64,000 nt of DNA from Eledone cirrhosa (lineage: Eukaryota): the NCBI GenBank assembly GCA_964016885.1, contig OZ024766.1:2852001-2916000 (forward strand), in the 5' to 3' direction. The notes below the pieces were generated by a model. It was not told the DNA's origin. It made no database searches and was given only the letters and a program-made list of their open reading frames with translations. Positions 56,539-64,000 of this stretch are shown here, one piece after another. Position numbers and translations under genes: made by a program. The stretch's first letter is position 1, and the number at the start of each line of letters is the position of its first letter.

Positions 56539-56945
56539 TGGATGCTGCAGTTCGGGCAAGAGGCACAGCTTATGCAGCTGAGCGAAGCAAGACCCTCAAA
56601 TACTCTGATCTGTCAACCAGCTACATTTTTCAGCCTGTAGCTTTCAAGACGATTGGGGGAGTCGGGCCGCTGACTGCGAGGTTCCTCTCTTCACTGGCGA
56701 ATCTTGTGAGAGTGCTTGGTTGTTCCAGCACACAATCCTCGCCATCACCCGAGGCAACGCTGCCAGTGTGCTGGCTTGCCTAAAGAAATCATTAGAGAGG
56801 TTGCCCGGTACTCCTCGTTGCTGTCTTTTGCTCTGGTGTTGGCTCCGTTGTTCACCCCCTTCCTTTACATTTCCTTTAATATTGCAACATTAAGGGAATA
56901 TATCGATCTGAAAGAATCGCGAGCAATTTATAATGTTATTTAAGC
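56539..56945 (+). mobile_element. Second, inverted copy of the CRE-like fragment in the gene 5 intron
   Basis: Reverse-complement homology to 51190-51601, with the same 5' end (ggatgctgc). Confidence 0.65.
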
Positions 56946-57659
56946 ATCTGTAATGTTATTTATATATATGTTTAAAACATATTTGTTATGTTATTCTACT
57001 GTAAATTTATTTATATGTTTTGTATATATCATGTGTTTATATTTTCACTCCCATTTGTAACGTTATTCATACAACTGTGAATAAATAAAACTGCTTACTA
57101 TATATAAAAAATTGCCACCAGAGAAACCTCCAAGGGTCCCACCTTCTCAGTTTTCTAAAAAATGAGTCATTTCCGACTGATTTTTAGGTTAGGTTTGTTG
57201 GAAACACGAAAAAAAAACTAGGAAAATTAACAATTTCCCACCAGACGACTGACAGGTGCTTTTACTGTAAATTTACCTTAAATTAAAACAGATTTAGGCT
57301 AAAATGTAGATAGTTTTAATTTACCTAAAACAACAAAGTACAGCGGAATATAAAATATATATTATAATACAAGGTAGTGAAAACATGATTAAATAGACGG
57401 AGGTAATTTAAATAATAAAGACACTCATAATAACAATATATTTTATATCACATGTAACAGTAGAATCTAGATATTGTAAAATAAGACAACATTTCAGTCT
57501 AGAAGTATTTTCCTGTATATAAAAGTGACGAGGAAGAAATATGTCCAAAGTTGTTAAATATTTTCACTTGTATATAATTACTGTATCGTTGAAAGGTTCA
57601 CATAATTCTATTATTTACACACATTATTATAGACTTCAAGTAAATCTTTCTCAACTTAC

Positions 57660-57835
57660 CCTCTTCACATGTAATCAATGTGTTGTCTTCTTATATTTTA
57701 TTAAACAAAGAAATAATCTCTGTTGTTGTTGAATAAGAATTTTCAAAGATTTTATCAGCTTTTCTTTGTCCGCCATTAACGTTGGTGTATCTTCTTATTC
57801 TTTAGCCACAGATTCGTATCTTGTCACGATGAACA
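57660..57835 (-). other. Leader exon 1 of gene 5
   Basis: Same conserved block and donor; uATG at 57776. Confidence 0.75.
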
Positions 57836-57877
57836 TATTGAGCTAGCTCTTTTGTTTTCACTCCCGCTCACTATTTG

Positions 57878-57909
<32 letters not shown>

Positions 57910-58630
57910 CATACATACATATATATATATATACATGTATATACACACACATATAATCATCATCATCGACGTTTAACGTCCATTTTCCCACGCTAACATG
58001 GGTTAGACGAATTGTCTCGTTTTGAGGCAAGTCAGATCAGATGAAAGTCTTTGTTCACACAGAACTATTTCTTGCTTTGTTTCTAGGTCTAGTGTGCCAT
58101 GAGAGGTGCCTCAGATGTGGAAAGTGGGGTGGAAGTACATGTATGTAGGGATAGGAGAGGCATGTCTAGTGTGGGTACTTAGATCGTGAAAAGAGGAGTG
58201 TTTAAGACATGGCAGGTGTATGGAAGTGAGGTAGAAGTGGTTTATACCAGAGACCTCTAGATGTTGCTTCATCCCGTGCACATGGGAAGTCAGGACTTCT
58301 GCAGTACTACATAATGCCAAAGATCTCAATCTTGTGTCATCCTCTTTGAGATATAATGTTGTATACATAATGGTGTATATATAATGATGTGTGTATATTT
58401 GTATATATAATGGTTTATAACGGTGTGTATACAACGTATATAACTCTGGGTGTGTATTTAACATATATAACTGTGTATATAACGTATATATAACTCTGGG
58501 TGTCTATTTAACGTATATAACTGTGTATATATAATGTATACACCAATGCAGCTTTGTAGAGGATCAATACAAATTGACGATGGAAAGGCGCTCCTGCTTG
58601 AGTTAGAGAACTATTGACCTTCAGGAGAAG

Positions 58631-58921
58631 CAGTGACCCCGATTGTATTCAGCAACCCCCAATTGTATTCAGCGACCCCCGATTGTATTCAACAACCCCT
58701 GATTGTATTCAGCAAACCCTGATTGTATTCAGCAACCCCCGATTGTATTCAACAACCCCCAATTGTATTCAACAACCCCTGATTGTATTCAGAGACCCCC
58801 CGATTGTATTCAGTGACCCCTGATTGTATTCAGCGACCCCTGATTGTATTCAGCAAACTCTGATTGTATTCAGCGACCCCCGATTGAATTCAGCAAACCC
58901 TGATTGTATTCAGCGACCCCT
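58631..58921. repeat. 20-bp minisatellite, ~14 copies
   Basis: gattgtattcagcgacccc(t/c) repeated. Confidence 0.95.
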
Positions 58922-59019
58922 AAAGTACACCAAATCCAATGCTCCTAGGGGCGACCCTGGTTCTTCTTATTTGCGAGTGTAAACTCAGCCAGATTAGATT
59001 GTAACAAAAGATTTCTCAC

Positions 59020-60395
59020 ACATTAAACTGCAGAGGATATGCGACGGCTGGAGAGAAATGAGGCAAGCATGCGCCGTTGGATGTGCAGTGTCAATGTGCG
59101 TGAACGACCCAGCATGAATGTGTTGAGAGAGAAACTGTGTCTGAGAGGGATAGAATGTAGTGTACAGGAGAGGAGACTGAGGTGGTATGGACATGTGATG
59201 TGTTGAGAGAGAAACTGTGTCTGAGAGGGATAGAATGTAGTGTACGGGACAGGAGACTGAGGTGGTATGGACATGTGATGTGTTGAGAGAGAAACTGTGT
59301 CTGAGAGGGATAGAATGTAGTGTACAGGAGAGGAGACTGAGGTGGTATGGACATGTGATGTGTTGAGAGAGAAACTGTGTCTGAGAGGGATAGAATGTAG
59401 TGTACGGGAGAGGAGACAGGTGGTATGGACATGTGATGTGTTGAGAGAGAAACTGTGTCTGAGAGGGATAGAATGTAGTGTACGGGAGAGGAGACTGAGG
59501 TGGTATGGACATGTAATGTGTTGAGAGAGAAACTGTGTCTGAGAGGGATAGAATGTAGTGTACGGGAGAGGAGACTGCGGTGGTATGGACATGTGATGTG
59601 TTGAGAGAGAAACTGTGTCTGAGAGGGATAGAATGTAGTGTACGGGAGAGGAGACTACGGTGGTATGGACATGTGATGTGTTGAGAGAGAAACTGTGTCT
59701 GAGAGGGATAGAATGTAGTGTACGGGAGAGGAGACTGAGGTGGTATGGACATGTGATGTGTTGAGAGAGAAACTGTGTCTGAGAGGGATAGAATGTAGTG
59801 TACGGGAGAGGAGACTGAGGTGGTATGGACATGTAATGTGTTGAGAGAGAAACTGTGTCTGAGAGGGATAGAATGTAGTGTACGGGAGAGGAGACTGCGG
59901 TGGTATGGACATGTGATGTGTTGAGAGAGAAACTGTGTCTGAGAGGGATAGAATGTAGTGTACGGGAGAGGAGACTACGGTGGTATGGACATGTGATGTG
60001 TTGAGAGAGAAACTGTGTCTGAGAGGGATAGAATGTAGTGTACGGGAGAGGAGACTGAGGTGGTATGGACATGTGATGTGTTGAGAGAGAAACTGTGTCT
60101 GAGAGGGATAGAATGTAGTGTACGGGAGAGGAGACTGAGGTGGTATGGACACGTGATGCGCATGGAGGATGACCGATGGGTGAAGAAGTGCCAGGAAATG
60201 CCAGTTGAAGGAAGACATGGTAGAGGTAGACCACAAAAAACATGGGCAGAGGTGGTGAGAGCAGACCTCAAATTCGCTGAAGCTCACGGTGGAGATGACG
60301 AAGGAGCGTGACAAGTGGAGAGATGCTGTGCTGAATAAGACCCGTCCCACCCTTGCAAGCAGGGAAGAGCGGACGTAAAATGATGATGATGATGA
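59020..60395 (+). mobile_element. RTE 3' fragment containing a 13x80-bp tandem array (59119-60157)
   Basis: Unit encodes LREKLCLRGIECSVRERRLRWYGHVM; flanks continue the RTE ORF2 and end in the (TGA)n tail. Confidence 0.9.
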
Positions 60396-60821
60396 TACAC
60401 AGTAGAGAGGTTTTTCTTCAGTGTATGTTCTACAAACAACAAGCAGTCTGGCTGTTTGTCACAAGTATGAAAGTACACTCTTTGACCATCTTGCAATTAG
60501 TTCGAACACGGGAAGAGCTGAACCCCCCCCCCATCTCTCTGTATAGTGAGCAAATAGGGTCCCATGTGGTGGCCACCCCACAGCCCCGGTGGACAGAATG
60601 GAGAAGGCGTTTCCCCGGAGGATGGTAAGGGGTAAGGGAGGGTCTGACAGTTAAATAACAACTTTTGACAAACAATTTCCTACAAATTTCACAGTGGAAG
60701 TTGTCTTCTCTGTTCTTTTGTAAACTAGCAGATCAACGTTTCAGTAAATCTTTTGACTTATATTTTGCAGTAGAAGCATTTTTCTCCGGTGTGCATGTTT
60801 TTGTATCGATACGATGTGATG

Positions 60822-61655
60822 AAGGCACATGGCTTAGTGGTTAGAGCATTGGCCTTGCAATTGAAAGGTTGTGAGTTCAATTCTCAGACCGGGTGATGTG
60901 TTGTTTCCTTGAGCAAGACACTTTATTTCACATTGCTTCAGTTTACTCAGCTGTAGAAATGAGATGATAGGGACTGGGGTCCCTATCATTCCACTGCAAA
61001 GTGGTCGTGGAGGTGCCACGGCAAAAAAGCACCCAGCCCACACTGTAAAGTGGTCGTGTAGGCGCCACAGAAAAAAAAGCACCCAGCCCACACTGTAAAG
61101 TGGTCGTGGAGGTGCCACGGCAAAAAAGCACCCAGCACTCACTGTAAAGTGGTCGTGTAGGCGCCACAGAAAAAAAAGCACCCAGCCCACACTGTAAAGT
61201 GGTCGTGGAGGTGCCACGGCAAAAAAAGCACCCAGCCCACACTGTAAAGTGGTCGTGGAGGTGCCACGGCAAAAAAGCACCCAGCCCACACTGTAAAGTG
61301 GTCGTGTAGGCGCCACAGAAAAAAAAAGCACCCAGCCCACACTGTAAAGTGGTCGTGGAGGTGCCACGGCAAAAAAGCACCCAGCACTCACTGTAAAGTG
61401 GTCGTGTAGGCGCCACAGAAAAAAACCCAGCCCACACTGTAAAGTGGTCGTGGAGGTGCCACAGCAAAAAAGCACCCAGCACTCACTGTAAAATGGACGT
61501 GTAGGTGCCACAGAAAAAAAAGCACCCAGCACTCACTGTAAATGAGGTTGGTGTTAGGAAGGGCATCCAGCTGTAGAAAATCAAGCCAGAATCAGTTCCC
61601 GTCCCACCCTTGCAAGCAGGGAAAAGTGGACGTAAAATGATGATGATGATGATGA
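60822..61655 (+). mobile_element. tRNA/CORE-type SINE family B with RTE-shared tail and ~15 internal 37-39-bp repeats (other copies: 45678-46145+, 52580-52930+, 55076-55415-)
   Basis: A-box tggcttagtgg, B-box gagttcaattc, CORE-like ccttgagcaagacactt, tail cccacccttgcaagcaggg...gtaaaa(tga)n matching RTE ends at 55021-55075 and 60341-60395. Confidence 0.8.
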
Positions 61656-62715
61656 CTCCATCTTCTCATCTTCTCAGATTTCCTACAAACCTCAGTTATA
61701 TTCAGGAATATTTCTGTCAATTCAACTGTTCTGTACATTTTTCACTACATAGAGGCGTGTCTGTGGAACCGTATCTATATTGGTTTACACAACATAGTAA
61801 TTGTAGAAAAATTCTTAAAAATTCAGAATAAATGTGAAAGTGCAAGTATGGTGTTGGGGTGAGAAAATAACTGTAAGTGCCTATACATATATATATAGTC
61901 CCAATAAACCAGGATTATTCACTACGGAGTGTAGAAAAGTACACAATATCTGATGTTAACAATACAAATAATACGTACTTTATATTTAAAGTCCAAATGT
62001 AAAGTCAAGAAAGACCAAGAAAGCTAATTGTTCAGATTTTGGTGATTTAAACCTATTTCTCACTGTCCTGTAAAATGTGGAACAACCAATTCACGATGTA
62101 GCGTAGTTTCTCATGAAATGAAATATTTAATCATGTAGGTGATGGAACACCTACCCTGGAACATGTAGCTCACCTTAACGTGAGATGAATACTATACAAG
62201 ATATAATTAGATGAATTGTGACCGGTGTCATACGTTGAAAGTCCCTGACATAATTTAAGACCTTCAGTTATATCAATTCACTCCATCAATTGTATCCAAC
62301 CCACAGTAAAACAACCAACATCACAAAGTAAAATAATTATTACATAACAACGAGGGAGTTTTACCCTGTTGCTAGACCTGGTAGAAATTACTCTCTGCAC
62401 TATTAGGTTTGTGGCACAAACAAACATATAGTCATTCTTCCTTTTTTTTATTTTCTTTCTCCCACCTTTTCCTTTCAACCTCACCTCCCTCAATTTATTT
62501 CCAACTTGTTACCTTGGTAATTCTAACCCACTCTCATTGTATGGCTTTTAAACACACATACCCACTTTTCATTTTCATATTCCACAATGCTTTAAGCAAT
62601 CTACCACACCACATACACATGTTGTTGGTAGACGGGTATGATAATTGTTGGTTAAATTTTCAAAGCAGCCAATGTGTGTGAAGGGGAATTAGTTGAGTAG
62701 GTTTATAGAATGATT

Positions 62716-64000
62716 ATAAGGTAGGTAAATAGTTGTTGGTGGACAGGTAATGGAAGACAGCCTTCCAGAGAAAGGTGGGGGATAAGGTAGGGAAATAGTT
62801 GTTGGTGGACAGGAAATGGAAGACAGCCTTCCAGAGAACGGTGGGGGATAAGGTAGGTAAATAGTTGTTGGTGGACAGGTAATGGAAGACAGCCTTCCAG
62901 AGAAAGGTGGAGGATAAGGTAGGTAAATAGTTGTTGGTGGACAGGAAATGGAAGACAGCCTTCCAGAGAAAGGTGGAGGATAAGGTAGGTAAATAGTTGT
63001 TGGTGGACAGGAAATGGAAGACAGCCTTCCAGAGAAAGGTGGAGGATAAGGTAGGTAAATAGTTGTTGGTGGACAGGAAATGGAAGACAGCCTTCCAGAG
63101 AAAGGTGGGGGATAAGGTAGGGAAATAGTTGTTGGTGGACAGGTAATGGAAGACAGCCTTCCAGAGAACGGTGGGGGATAAGGTAGGTAAATAGTTGTTG
63201 GTGGACAGGTAATGGAAGACAGCCTTCCAGAGAAAGGTGGAGGATAAGGTAGGGAAATAGTTGTTGGTGGACAGGAAATGGAAGACAGCCTTCCAGAGAA
63301 CGGTGGGGGATAAGGTAGGTAAATAGTTGTTGGTGGACAGGTAATGGAAGACAGCCTTCCAGAGAAAGGTGGAGGATAAGGTAGGTAAATAGTTGTTGGT
63401 GGACAGGAAATGGAAGACAGCCTTCCAGAGAAAGGTGGAGGATAAGGTAGGTAAATAGTTGTTGGTGGACAGGAAATGGAAGACAGCCTTCCAGAGAAAG
63501 GTGGGGGATAAGGTAGGGAAATAGTTGTTGGTGGACAGGTAATGGAAGACAGCCTTCCAGAGAACGGTGGGGGATAAGGTAGGTAAATAGTTGTTGGTGG
63601 ACAGGTAATGGAAGACAGCCTTCCAGAGAAAGGTGGAGGATAAGGTAGGGAAATAGTTGTTGGTGGACAGGAAATGGAAGACAGCCTTCCAGAGAACGGT
63701 GGGGGATAAGGTAGGTAAATAGTTGTTGGTGGACAGGTAATGGAAGACAGCCTTCCAGAGAAAGGTGGAGGATAAGGTAGGTAAATAGTTGTTGGTGGAC
63801 AGGAAATGGAAGACAGCCTTCCAGAGAAAGGTGGAGGATAAGGTAGGTAAATAGTTGTTGGTGGACAGGAAATGGAAGACAGCCTTCCAGAGAAAGGTGG
63901 AGGATAAGGTAGGTAAATAGTTGTTGGTGGACAGGAAATGGAAGACAGCCTTCCAGAGAAAGGTGGAGGATAAGGTAGGGAAATAGTTGTTGGTGGACAG
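62716..64000. repeat. 66-bp tandem repeat, >=19 copies, runs off the window
   Basis: gataaggtaggtaaatagttgttggtggacaggaaatggaagacagccttccagagaaaggtggag repeated. Confidence 0.97.

Overview
AT-rich eukaryotic DNA, most likely octopus (inferred from the C2H2-ZNF cluster, RTE LINEs, tRNA-derived SINEs and kb-long (TA)n tracts). The window is a tandem cluster of minus-strand, finger-only C2H2 zinc-finger genes. Five have complete coding exons (18, 15, 17, 12 and 10 fingers); a sixth is represented only by its first exon at the left edge. All share a two-exon design: a conserved ~180-bp leader exon with a uORF/YY1-like ATGGCGG and an AGG|GTAAGT donor next to a (TA)n tract, then one long finger exon. 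Genes 0/1/2 are recent ~7.5-8 kb duplicates that differ by whole-finger gain/loss, and the paralogs are mosaics of each other. The (TA)n spacers hold an RTE copy with an intact ORF remnant, SINEs, LINE, Helitron and MITE remnants, and many fold-back (inverted-repeat) inserts. At least five hammerhead-ribozyme-like motifs of the Penelope type occur in the spacers and introns. All assignments were made by eye; no alignment or database search was run.
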